43,893 nt of DNA from Acidimicrobiaceae bacterium. Lineage in GTDB: Bacteria > Actinomycetota > Acidimicrobiia > Acidimicrobiales > RAAP-2. The stretch lies in the NCBI GenBank assembly GCA_027365145.1, contig DAHXOA010000035.1:1-43893 (forward strand). The letters run 5' to 3'. Under the pieces are notes generated by a model, which was not told where the DNA came from, searched no databases, and saw only the letters and a program-made list of their open reading frames with translations. Below, piece after piece: positions 31,994-39,720 of the stretch; the stretch's first letter is position 1, and the number at the start of each line of letters is the position of its first letter. The translations under genes and the position numbers were made by a program.

Positions 31994-32878
31994 TCACGCC
32001 TCGGGTAGGAGTACCCGCTCGACGAGGAGGCTCTGCATCGAACGGCCGATCCGTCCGTCCCCATCCCACAGTGCGGACTCTGCCCAGCCGATGCCCGGAC
32101 CACCGAACCGGGTGCGCGCGTCCAGGCCGACCCACGGACCGGCGGGCGGGCGTACCAGCTCGACCGTGAGATCGGGGTTGATGAACGTCGCCGACCCGAA
32201 CGGGATCTGGGCCGAGATCCCGTTGCCGAAGTCAGCGGCCGCCGCGGCACGCTGCCACGGAGACGGCTCCTCTCCGGGGATGACCGGGTAGCGCAGGCGG
32301 AACCACGCCACCGCCGGACCGGGTAGGTGGAACCCTCCGTCGACGAAGCGGATCTCCATGGCTCCGTTGTGGAACCCCCGGTAGTCAGCTCGGATCGGGT
32401 CCACCGCCACGCCGTGGTCGGGACCGGCCGGCGCCCGCTCCTCGACCGCTGGGAGGGCCGCCGCCTGTGCTCCCGGTGGTGGCGCCACCCTCATGCGCAA
32501 GGCGCGTGCCCATGCCACGGCGACGCCTCCGGCCTCGACGGTCACGTCGACGAGCTGGACCCGCCGTCCTGGGCGCACGAGGCGGGCTCCGACCGACAGT
32601 CTCGACAGCGGGACGGGACGGAGCAGCTCCAGCGTCAGCCTGACCAGTTGGAGTCCACCCTCGGGCTCGCACGCCTCGGCTGCCCGAACGGCCAGGGCGG
32701 CCACGGGTCCCCCGTGCAACGCCTCGGGCGACCACGGTCCCCGCGCCAGCTCGCCCGGGAGGAACCCGTCACCGTCCGGGATGAAGAGGGCCTCCCCTGC
32801 CCCGGGGGCGGCCGCCAAGCCGTCCCCGGCGACCTCCCCACCAGGTGAGGTCGAGTGCGTCCCGTCGGCTGGGTCCAT
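31994..32878 (-). CDS. acyl-CoA thioesterase (TesB-like double hot-dog family)
   Basis: PGELARGPWSPEALHGGPVAALAVRAAE..., VRLTLELLRPVP and INPDLTVELVRPP...WVGLDARTRFGGPGIGWAESALWD show the typical thioesterase-like superfamily pattern. Confidence 0.75.
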   Translation of the reverse strand: MDPADGTHSTSPGGEVAGDGLAAAPGAGEALFIPDGDGFLPGELARGPWSPEALHGGPVAALAVRAAEACEPEGGLQLVRLTLELLRPVPLSRLSVGARLVRPGRRVQLVDVTVEAGGVAVAWARALRMRVAPPPGAQAAALPAVEERAPAGPDHGVAVDPIRADYRGFHNGAMEIRFVDGGFHLPGPAVAWFRLRYPVIPGEEPSPWQRAAAAADFGNGISAQIPFGSATFINPDLTVELVRPPAGPWVGLDARTRFGGPGIGWAESALWDGDGRIGRSMQSLLVERVLLPEA

Positions 32879-33017
32879 GGCGAACGACGCTACGGGAGGT
32901 GCCGACCGCGCTGCCAGGTGGGCTCAGACGGCCACCGTGTGCGCCGACCTCGACGGGCGCGAATCCGTGCCATGCCCTACCATCGGCCGCGTCCGCACGG
33001 GGGTGGCTCGCGGCGGC

Positions 33018-33422
33018 ATGACGAAGGGGATGGACGACGTGGGACACGCGCAGGCCGCAATAGACATCGAGGGGTCGGTCGACGCCGTCTGGGCGCTCGT
33101 GGGGGACTTCGGCGGCATCGACTCGTGGATGCCCGGCATCGAGTCGTGCCGTGTCGACGGCGCCAACCGGATCCTGGCCATGCGGGGGATGGAGATCACC
33201 GAGGCGCTCGTCTCGAAGGACGACGCCACCCGGACGCTCACCTACGCCATCGTCGACGGCGTGCCCGTCGAACACCACCAGGGCATGGTCACGGTAACGC
33301 CACAGGGGGAAGGATCCCACGTCACCTGGGACGTCGACGTCACTCCCGAGGAGATGGTCAGCGTCATGGTCGGTCTCTACCAACAGGGGCTGGGGGCGCT
33401 GAAGAAGCACGTCGAAGGCTGA
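33018..33422 (+). CDS. SRPBCC (polyketide cyclase/dehydrase, START-like) family protein
   Basis: AAIDIEGSVDAVWALVGDFGGIDSWMPGIESCRVDG...TLTYAIVDG is the typical SRPBCC pattern. The start is ATG 33018 (alternative 33030). Confidence 0.75.
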   Translation: MTKGMDDVGHAQAAIDIEGSVDAVWALVGDFGGIDSWMPGIESCRVDGANRILAMRGMEITEALVSKDDATRTLTYAIVDGVPVEHHQGMVTVTPQGEGSHVTWDVDVTPEEMVSVMVGLYQQGLGALKKHVEG

Positions 33423-33447
33423 ACGCCAGGAACGCCAGGAACGCCAG
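33421..33447. repeat. 9-bp tandem repeat (GAACGCCAG)x3
   Basis: Read directly from the sequence. It begins inside the stop codon of the SRPBCC gene and is followed by CCAGGCGGGG x2 at about 33461-33482. Confidence 0.9.
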
Positions 33448-33527
33448 GCACACCGTCGAGCCCAGGCGGGGTCCAGGCGGGGAGCCGAGGCTGCAGATGG
33501 GCATGGTGGCTCCGGGACCGGCATGAT

Positions 33528-34361
33528 GTGGACATGCCCGCGTGGATCTGTGCCACCTGCGCCGTGCAGTACCCGGACACCGACGAGCCGCCCGCGCACT
33601 GCCCGATCTGCGAGGACGAGCGCCAGTACGTCGGCTGGCACGGCCAGCGGTGGACCACCCGAGCAGAGCTGGCCGGCGCACACGCCACCGAGCTGCGCGA
33701 AGAGGAGCCCGGTCTGCTCGGCATCGGCGTCGTACCTACCGTCGGGATCGGCCAACGGGCGCTCCTCGTGCAGACCGACGGCGGCAACGTGCTCTGGGAC
33801 TGCGTCGCCCTGCTCGACGACGCCGCACGAGACCGGATCGCGGAGCTGGGCGGGATCGACGCGATCTGCCTGTCACATCCCCACTTCTACGGTGCCGACA
33901 TCGACGTCGCCGATGCATTCGGCGCCCGGGTGCTGATCCCCCGGGCAGACCAGGAGTGGATCCAGCGACACTCCCCGAGGATCGAACTCTTCGACGACGA
34001 GGTCGAACCGGTACCTGGCGTCACCCTGGCACGGATCGGTGGCCACTTCGACGGTGCGGCGGTGCTCCACTGGCCGGCCGGGTCCGGGGGTCGCGGTGCG
34101 CTCCTCACCGGAGACACCATCACCGTCGTACAGGATCGGGAATGGGTCAGCTTCATGTGGAGCTATCCCAACCTCATCCCTCTCGACGAACGCACCGTGC
34201 TCGACATCGCCGCCCGGGTGGAGCGGTTCCGCTTCGACCGCGTGTACGGCGGCTGGTGGGGGCGGGTCGTCGTCGAGGACGGTGCCGGAGCCATCCGGCG
34301 TTCGGCGGACCGCTACGTCGCCCGGCTCCGCGGTACCCGTCCGGGCAGCACCGCAACCTGA
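33528..34361 (+). CDS. MBL-fold metallo-hydrolase
   Basis: The N-terminus has a Zn-ribbon-like segment, WICATCAVQYP...HCPICEDERQY. It is followed by DAICLSHPHFYG (degenerate HxHxDH region) and GGHFDGAAVLHWP. The start is GTG 33528 or ATG 33534. Confidence 0.75.
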   Translation: MDMPAWICATCAVQYPDTDEPPAHCPICEDERQYVGWHGQRWTTRAELAGAHATELREEEPGLLGIGVVPTVGIGQRALLVQTDGGNVLWDCVALLDDAARDRIAELGGIDAICLSHPHFYGADIDVADAFGARVLIPRADQEWIQRHSPRIELFDDEVEPVPGVTLARIGGHFDGAAVLHWPAGSGGRGALLTGDTITVVQDREWVSFMWSYPNLIPLDERTVLDIAARVERFRFDRVYGGWWGRVVVEDGAGAIRRSADRYVARLRGTRPGSTAT

Positions 34362-34437
34362 ACCTGGCGTCCCAGCCGGTTCGCGCGGCACCCGATCGGC
34401 GAACGGCACCACCGGACGACGGCGCTACGCTCGGTCG

Positions 34438-35406
34438 ATGACCCGGGTCGTCTTCCTCGATGACTATCAGGACGCGGTAGCCCGTCTGGCTCCCACCGGC
34501 CGCCTGGCCGGCGTGGAGTGGGTCGCCGTCCACGAGCACCTCACCGACGACGCGCTGCTCACCGCCGTCTCAGGGGCGAGCGTCATCGTGGCCATGCGAG
34601 AGCGGACGGCCTTCGACCGGGCACTCCTCGCTCGCCTGACGACCCTCGAGCTCCTCGTGACGACCGGTCCCGGCAACGCCGCCATCGACCTCGTGGCCGC
34701 CGGCGATCTGGGGATCACGGTGTGCGCCACGAGCGCCAAGTCGAGCGGGAGCACCGCCGAGCTCACCTGGGGCCTGATCCTCTCGGTGCTCAGGCACCTC
34801 CCCGACGAGGTGGCGGCGTTCCGGCAGGGCGGGTGGCAGCACACCCTCGGCACCGACCTGGCCGGGGCGACGCTAGGCGTGGTCGGCCTGGGGCGGATCG
34901 GGAGCCGGATGGCCCGCATCGGCCAGGCCTTCGACATGGAGGTGCTGGCGTGGAGCCAGCGCCTCGACCCGGAACGGGCGCGCGGGCTCGGCGTGGAGCC
35001 GGTCGGGAAGGAGGCGCTCTTCGCCCGGTCGGACGTGGTGACCGTCCATATGGTGTTGTCGGACCGGAGCCGGGGAGTGGTGGGCGCCGCGGAGCTGGGC
35101 GCGATGAAGCCCACGGCGGTGCTGGTCAACACGTCACGTGGACCGATCGTGGACGAAACCGCGCTGGTGGACGCGCTGGCGACCGGATCGATCGCCGGTG
35201 CCGGCCTCGACGTCTTCGGAGACGAGCCGCTCCCTGCCGACCATCCGCTCCGTTCGCTGCCCCAGGCGGTGTGCACGCCCCACCTGGGCTACGTGACGGA
35301 GACCACGCTGGCCCAGTGGTTCGACGACGCCGTCGAGGACATCGAGGCGTGGATGGCCGGCACGCCGATCCGCGTGATCACCGCGTCCTCACCGGTGGCC
35401 CGCTGA
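34438..35406 (+). CDS. D-isomer-specific 2-hydroxyacid dehydrogenase family protein
   Basis: GATLGVVGLGRIGSRMARI is a GxGxxG NAD site. VLVNTSRGPIVDE and TPHLGYVT carry the catalytic His. The upstream part of ORF 34039.. overlaps the MBL gene. Confidence 0.88.
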   Translation: MTRVVFLDDYQDAVARLAPTGRLAGVEWVAVHEHLTDDALLTAVSGASVIVAMRERTAFDRALLARLTTLELLVTTGPGNAAIDLVAAGDLGITVCATSAKSSGSTAELTWGLILSVLRHLPDEVAAFRQGGWQHTLGTDLAGATLGVVGLGRIGSRMARIGQAFDMEVLAWSQRLDPERARGLGVEPVGKEALFARSDVVTVHMVLSDRSRGVVGAAELGAMKPTAVLVNTSRGPIVDETALVDALATGSIAGAGLDVFGDEPLPADHPLRSLPQAVCTPHLGYVTETTLAQWFDDAVEDIEAWMAGTPIRVITASSPVAR

Positions 35407-35433
35407 CCGTGCCGTACTGATCCCGGCCACGCG

Positions 35434-35742
35434 TTACCGGTCGGGCTCCAGCCACGTCCGGCTCACACCGATCACGTCCAGCTCGGGATGGGCCCAGACG
35501 AACCGCTCGACGGCGTCCAGCACCTCTTCCACGTGCCCGGGCGACGCCGCCACCGCCGCGAACGCCAGCTCCGACCGCTGCCACTGGTCCTGGTAGCCGG
35601 TCTCGGCGGCGGCGACGTCGAAACGTGACCGGGCCGTGGCGGCAAGGTGCTTCACGACGGCCCGTTTCGCCTTCAGCGACGTGGACTCCGTGACGTGGAG
35701 CTCCATGGTGAGGACGCAGGCATGGACCGTCGACCCAGACAC
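35434..35742 (-). CDS. DUF503 (YlxP-like) domain protein
   Basis: The 102-aa product has CVLTMELHVTESTSLKAKRAVVKHL...FDVAAAETGYQDQWQRSELAFAAV, the signature pattern of DUF503. The start is a GTG. Confidence 0.8.
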   Translation of the reverse strand: MSGSTVHACVLTMELHVTESTSLKAKRAVVKHLAATARSRFDVAAAETGYQDQWQRSELAFAAVAASPGHVEEVLDAVERFVWAHPELDVIGVSRTWLEPDR

Positions 35743-35779
35743 GCTCGGAGAGCCGGACGGCGGGAGGGACGCGACCCGG

Positions 35780-36931
35780 TCAGACGTCGAACTTCACCAC
35801 GCCCCGGACGTTCGTCCCGGCCGCCAGGTCGTCGTAGCCGTTCTGGACCTGGTCGAGGCTGTACTCCTGGGTCACCAACCCGTCGACGTCCAGGATCCCG
35901 GCCTGGTAGAGCCGGAGCAGGTTCGGGATCTGGACCCGGGGGCTGCACGATCCGAAGACCGTGCCCAGCAGGGACTGGTTGAACATGGCGAAGCCGAAGA
36001 GGTTGAGCTTCACGTCGAGCTGGCTGGAGGGAGCGATGGCCGTGGTCACGACGCGGCCGTCCTTGGACGCCAGGGTCATCGCCGGCGCGATGAGGTCGCC
36101 GGTCAGCACACCGGGGGTCAGGATCACGGCATCGGCCATCCTGCCCTCGGTCAGCTCGGGCAGCAGGAAGGCCGCTTCTTCCATCGAGGCCGCCCCGTGG
36201 GTGGCGCCGATGGCCTTGGCCCGCTCGACCTTGAACGGGAGCAGGTCCACGGCGACGATGACGCGTGCCCCGGCGATCCTGGCCCCCTGGATGGCGCCCG
36301 AGCCCACACCACCGCAGCCGACGACGACCACGGTCTCCCCCGGCTTCACCTTCGCCCGATCGACCACCGAACCGAACCCCGTCGAGATGCCGCAACTGAT
36401 GAGGGCGGCCGCCCGCAGGGAGACGTTCGGGTCGATCTTCACGACCGATGCCTCGTTCACCACCATCTCGTCAGCGAACGTCCCGAGCTGCGTCATCCGG
36501 TTGAGGGGTGCTCCGTCGAGGTGGTAGCGCCACTGCCCGTCGCTGATCATGGGTCCGGCCAGCGTGGTCATGCCCAGGTCGCAGAGGTACTGGCGGCCGG
36601 ACGCACACCAGTGACAGACCCCGCACGCCGGGATGAAGGCCATCGCCACGTGGTCCCCCACCGCCACGTGCTGGACCTCCGGTCCGACCTCGGTGACGAT
36701 CCCTGCTCCCTCGTGGCCACCGACGACCGGGAACATGGAGGACACACCGATCATCTCCAGGACCTCGGGGGAGGCACCCATGTCGCCGGTCCGGAGGTGC
36801 TCGTCCGAGTGGCACATCCCTGCGTAGGCCATCTGCACCTTGATCTCGTGGGCGACCGGCGGGTCGATGTCGACCTCCTCGATCTTCCACGGCTCTTCCA
36901 ACCCTGTACACACTGCGGCCCGGACCTTCAT
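35780..36931 (-). CDS. Zn-dependent alcohol dehydrogenase, NDMA-dependent (nicotinoprotein) type associated with mycofactocin loci
   Basis: MKVRAAVCTGLEEPWKIEEVDIDPP..., the catalytic-Zn motifs GMCHSDEH and GGHEGAG, the structural Zn site CGVCHWCASGRQYLC, and VVVGCGGVGSGAI. The ATG at 36931 is preceded by GGGGAGGG. The subfamily call rests on similarity recalled from the Rxyl_3153-type family and on position next to mftR. Confidence 0.85.
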   Translation of the reverse strand: MKVRAAVCTGLEEPWKIEEVDIDPPVAHEIKVQMAYAGMCHSDEHLRTGDMGASPEVLEMIGVSSMFPVVGGHEGAGIVTEVGPEVQHVAVGDHVAMAFIPACGVCHWCASGRQYLCDLGMTTLAGPMISDGQWRYHLDGAPLNRMTQLGTFADEMVVNEASVVKIDPNVSLRAAALISCGISTGFGSVVDRAKVKPGETVVVVGCGGVGSGAIQGARIAGARVIVAVDLLPFKVERAKAIGATHGAASMEEAAFLLPELTEGRMADAVILTPGVLTGDLIAPAMTLASKDGRVVTTAIAPSSQLDVKLNLFGFAMFNQSLLGTVFGSCSPRVQIPNLLRLYQAGILDVDGLVTQEYSLDQVQNGYDDLAAGTNVRGVVKFDV

Positions 36932-36957
36932 GGCGGTGACCCTCCCCTTCGCTGATA

Positions 36958-36984
36958 CTGGTCGATCTGGTCGATCTGGTCGTC
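36958..36984. repeat. 9-bp tandem repeat (CTGGTCGAT)x2 plus a degenerate copy
   Basis: Read directly from the sequence, in the 121-bp gap between mftR and the ADH, about 27 bp upstream of the ADH start. Confidence 0.85.
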
Positions 36985-37052
36985 GCTTCGCCGACGCCAG
37001 CCAGCATCGCGCTCCCACGGGTGCGGCGTCGAGCCACGACCACCGACCTCGG

Positions 37053-37751
37053 TCACCCCGATCCCGATCGCCCGGGTCGCGGATCGGTGGTGGCGAAGCC
37101 GTGAGCCAGCAGATCGAAGGCCCGGTCCAGATCGTCGGAGAGGTCGTCGTCCCCCCGCCGCACCCAGCACGTGAACGCCGCCGTCGCCGCCCCGAGCGCG
37201 GCTCGCGACAAGGTCTCGGCGGGGAGGTCGTCCGGTGCGCCTCCCAGGCGGCGGGCAGCGAACGCCGCCACCACCCGGCGCCACTCCCCGTACCGCACGG
37301 CCGAGTGGGCCACGAGCGCGTCGACCGAGTCGATGAGGCGGATCCGGACGCGGAGCTCACCGAGCTCGCCGGCGCCGAAGTGGTTCGTGCCCACCACCGC
37401 CTGCCGGAGGGAGTCGAAGAGCGCCTCGCCGTCCGGGGCTGCCCGCAGGTGACGGTCGAGGCGTGCCAGCTCGGCGTCGAACTCTCCCCAGACGATGTCC
37501 GCCTTCGAGGCGAAGTACCGGAACACGGTCCGGCGGCCGATCCCCAGCGCCGCCGCGATGTCGCCGACCGTGGTCGCGTCGTAGCCGTCGCGATCGAAGA
37601 GCACCATGGCCACCCGGGTGATCGCCGCTCTAGAGGTGGTCGGACGCCGACCCCGGCCCCGGCCCGGGTACGCCGGTTCACCGCCCGGCACGGGACGCCC
37701 GGGTACCGGGCCGACACGATCAGCGGAGGATGCGTCCGGTGCGCGCGCCAT
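37053..37751 (-). CDS. mftR: mycofactocin system transcriptional regulator (TetR family)
   Basis: GRGRRPTTSRAAITRVAMVLFDRDGYDATTVGDIAAALGIGRRTVFRYFASKADIVW is a TetR HTH. It is transcribed divergently from mftA, which is the conserved arrangement. ATG 37751 is taken as the start; a GTG alternative lies about 20 codons downstream. Confidence 0.85.
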   Translation of the reverse strand: MARAPDASSADRVGPVPGRPVPGGEPAYPGRGRGRRPTTSRAAITRVAMVLFDRDGYDATTVGDIAAALGIGRRTVFRYFASKADIVWGEFDAELARLDRHLRAAPDGEALFDSLRQAVVGTNHFGAGELGELRVRIRLIDSVDALVAHSAVRYGEWRRVVAAFAARRLGGAPDDLPAETLSRAALGAATAAFTCWVRRGDDDLSDDLDRAFDLLAHGFATTDPRPGRSGSG

Positions 37752-37756
37752 CAGGC

Positions 37757-37789
37757 TTCCATTTTGGCATCGAGTGTTATAAATTGGAA
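37757..37789. promoter_or_regulatory. AT-rich island with imperfect inverted repeat TTCCATTTTGG-N11-ATAAATTGGAA (candidate MftR operator / mftA promoter)
   Basis: This is the only strongly AT-rich stretch in the locus (TTCCATTTTGGCATCGAGTGTTATAAATTGGAA), with 8/11 complementary arms and a TATAAA -10-like element. It lies between the divergent mftR and mftA. Confidence 0.45.
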
Positions 37790-37819
37790 CCCTCGGGGTC
37801 GCCCCTGGGGTCGGCACAG

Positions 37820-37873
37820 TCGGCGGTCGCGGAATCGGCGGTCGCGGAATCGGCGGTCGCACAGTCGGCAGTC
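37820..37873. repeat. 15-bp tandem repeat (TCGGCGGTCGCGGAA) about 3.5 copies in the mftA 5' leader
   Basis: Read directly from the sequence. It is bracketed by CACAGTCGGC at 37815-37824 and 37860-37869, and lies about 50 bp upstream of the mftA ATG. Confidence 0.9.
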
Positions 37874-37925
37874 TCGCTCCGGGCGACGGGTCCCGACCTC
37901 CGACCACCACCACGAGGAGCCGACG

Positions 37926-38078
37926 ATGCCTGCCACTTCCGACGATCGAGCCACCGTTGCCCCCGGCCCGGGCACCCCACCGGCCGAGACCGAAACCGGG
38001 GAACGCTCCGCCGACCTGGTCGAGAGCGACCTTCTGGTCGAGGACGTCTCCATCGACGGCATGTGCGGCGTCTACTGA
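37926..38078 (+). CDS. mftA: mycofactocin precursor peptide
   Basis: The 50-aa ORF is MPATSDDRATVAPGPGTPPAETETGERSADLVESDLLVEDVSIDGMCGVY*. The C-terminal LVEDVSIDGMCGVY is the hallmark MftA core. GAGGAG lies about 9 nt upstream of the ATG. It is hidden at the end of the 412-aa ORF 36840..38078. Confidence 0.92.
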   Translation: MPATSDDRATVAPGPGTPPAETETGERSADLVESDLLVEDVSIDGMCGVY

Positions 38079-38080
38079 CC

Positions 38081-38494
38081 GTGCCGGTCACCGCGTCACC
38101 GGCCACCGGACGGCGTGAGCGCACGGCGGGCGGGCGACCGGGTGCACCCACACCGGGGGCGCCGGCGGGCTTCGATCCCGGGCTGCCCTGGGAGCTGGCG
38201 CCCCAGGTGTCGTTGCGGCCGGAGTCGTTCGGGGCCCTGGCGTACCACTTCGGGACCCGCCGCCTGTCGTTCCTGAAGAGCCCGACTCTGCTGCGCGTGG
38301 TGGAGATGCTCGGCTCGGCCCCGAACGCCCGGGAGGCGTGTCGACGTGCCGGCGTCGTGCCCGGGGAGATGGACCACTACACCGAGGCACTGGCGACGTT
38401 GGCGGCGACCGGGATGATCGTCGGACAGCTGGAGCTCCGAACCGCCGGAGGCCGGGAGCCGGGTGGTCGGGCCACCGGGGAGGCCTCCCGATGA
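38081..38494 (+). CDS. mftB: mycofactocin biosynthesis chaperone (RRE/PqqD-like peptide-binding protein)
   Basis: WELAPQVSLRPESFGALAYHFGTRRLSFLKSPTLLRVVEML is the MftB signature. The GTG at 38081 is 2 nt after the mftA stop, and the stop overlaps the mftC ATG (ATGA). The N-terminal ~35 aa are low-complexity, so the true start is uncertain. Confidence 0.85.
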   Translation: MPVTASPATGRRERTAGGRPGAPTPGAPAGFDPGLPWELAPQVSLRPESFGALAYHFGTRRLSFLKSPTLLRVVEMLGSAPNAREACRRAGVVPGEMDHYTEALATLAATGMIVGQLELRTAGGREPGGRATGEASR

Positions 38495-39720
38495 CGGGTA
38501 CCGCTCCCACCTCTCTCGTCGACCGGTTCCAGCTGGGGCTCGACGCCCCGATCTGCCTGACCTGGGAGCTCACCTACGCCTGCAACCTGGCCTGCGTGCA
38601 CTGCCTGTCGAGCTCGGGCCGCCGCGACCCCCGGGAGCTCTCGACCGAGGAGTGCATGGCCGTCGTCGACCAGCTCGAGGCGATGCAGGTCTTCTACGTG
38701 AACGTCGGCGGGGGGGAGCCGACCATCCGCGCCGACTTCTTCGACCTGGTCGACTACGCCACCAGCCACCACGTAGGGGTGAAGTTCTCCACGAACGGGT
38801 CCCGGATCACCGCCCCGGTGGCCCGACGGCTGGCCGCCAACGACTACGTCGACGTGCAGCTGTCCCTGGACGGCGCCACCGCCTCGGTCAACGACGCGCT
38901 GCGCGGGACGGGCTCGTACGCCACGGTGCTCCAGGCCATGGAGCACCTGGCTGGAGCCGGCATCTCCGGTTTCAAGCTGTCGGTCGTCGTCACGCGGGAG
39001 AACGCCTCGCAGCTCGACGAGCTGGCCGCGCTGGCCGACCGCTTCGGTGCCCAGCTCCGGCTGACGCGGCTCCGCCCATCGGGCCGCGGCGCCGACGTCT
39101 GGGACCAGCTCCACCCCACGGCTGCGCAGCAGCGGGCGCTCTACGACTGGTTGGTGGCGCACGGCGAGCACGTCCTCACCGGCGACTCCTTCTTCCACCT
39201 GGGTGCGTACGGGGATCCGCTCCCGGGTCTCAACCTGTGTGGCGCAGGGCGGGTCGTGTGCCTCATCGACCCGGTGGGGGACGTCTACGCCTGCCCGTTC
39301 ACCATCCATGACGACTTCCGGGCCGGCAACGTCCGCCAACCCGGAGGGTTCCCGGAGATCTGGAGGCACGCCGAGCTCTTCGCCGGCCTCCGCCGGCCGC
39401 TCTCGGCTGGGGCATGTGCGTCCTGCGGCCAGTTCGACTCGTGCCGGGGTGGCTGCATGGCGGCGAAGTTCTTCACCGGTCTCCCCCTGGACGGTCCCGA
39501 CCCCGAGTGTGTCAGAGGGTTCGGCGAGGCGTCCCTCGCCCATGCCGACCCCGTGCCGCCCCGTCCGTCGGCTGACCACTCCCGGAGACGGGGTGGAACC
39601 GGTGGTGCGCCGTCGGTTCCCGTGACGCTCATCTCCCCCCGGCGGTCCCGGCCCTGCGACGAGGACGCACTGGCCGCCTCCCGGCCAGCGGCGGCCGGAC
39701 CCTCTCCGTGCCCCTCCTGA
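38491..39720 (+). CDS. mftC: mycofactocin radical SAM maturase (rSAM-SPASM)
   Basis: The CX3CX2C motif is at 38581-38604 (YACNLACVHC), followed by the GGGEPT SAM motif. SPASM cysteines occur in CGAGRVVCLIDPVGDVYACPF and CASCGQFDSCRGGC. It lies immediately after mftA and mftB. Confidence 0.93.
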   Translation: MTGTAPTSLVDRFQLGLDAPICLTWELTYACNLACVHCLSSSGRRDPRELSTEECMAVVDQLEAMQVFYVNVGGGEPTIRADFFDLVDYATSHHVGVKFSTNGSRITAPVARRLAANDYVDVQLSLDGATASVNDALRGTGSYATVLQAMEHLAGAGISGFKLSVVVTRENASQLDELAALADRFGAQLRLTRLRPSGRGADVWDQLHPTAAQQRALYDWLVAHGEHVLTGDSFFHLGAYGDPLPGLNLCGAGRVVCLIDPVGDVYACPFTIHDDFRAGNVRQPGGFPEIWRHAELFAGLRRPLSAGACASCGQFDSCRGGCMAAKFFTGLPLDGPDPECVRGFGEASLAHADPVPPRPSADHSRRRGGTGGAPSVPVTLISPRRSRPCDEDALAASRPAAAGPSPCPS

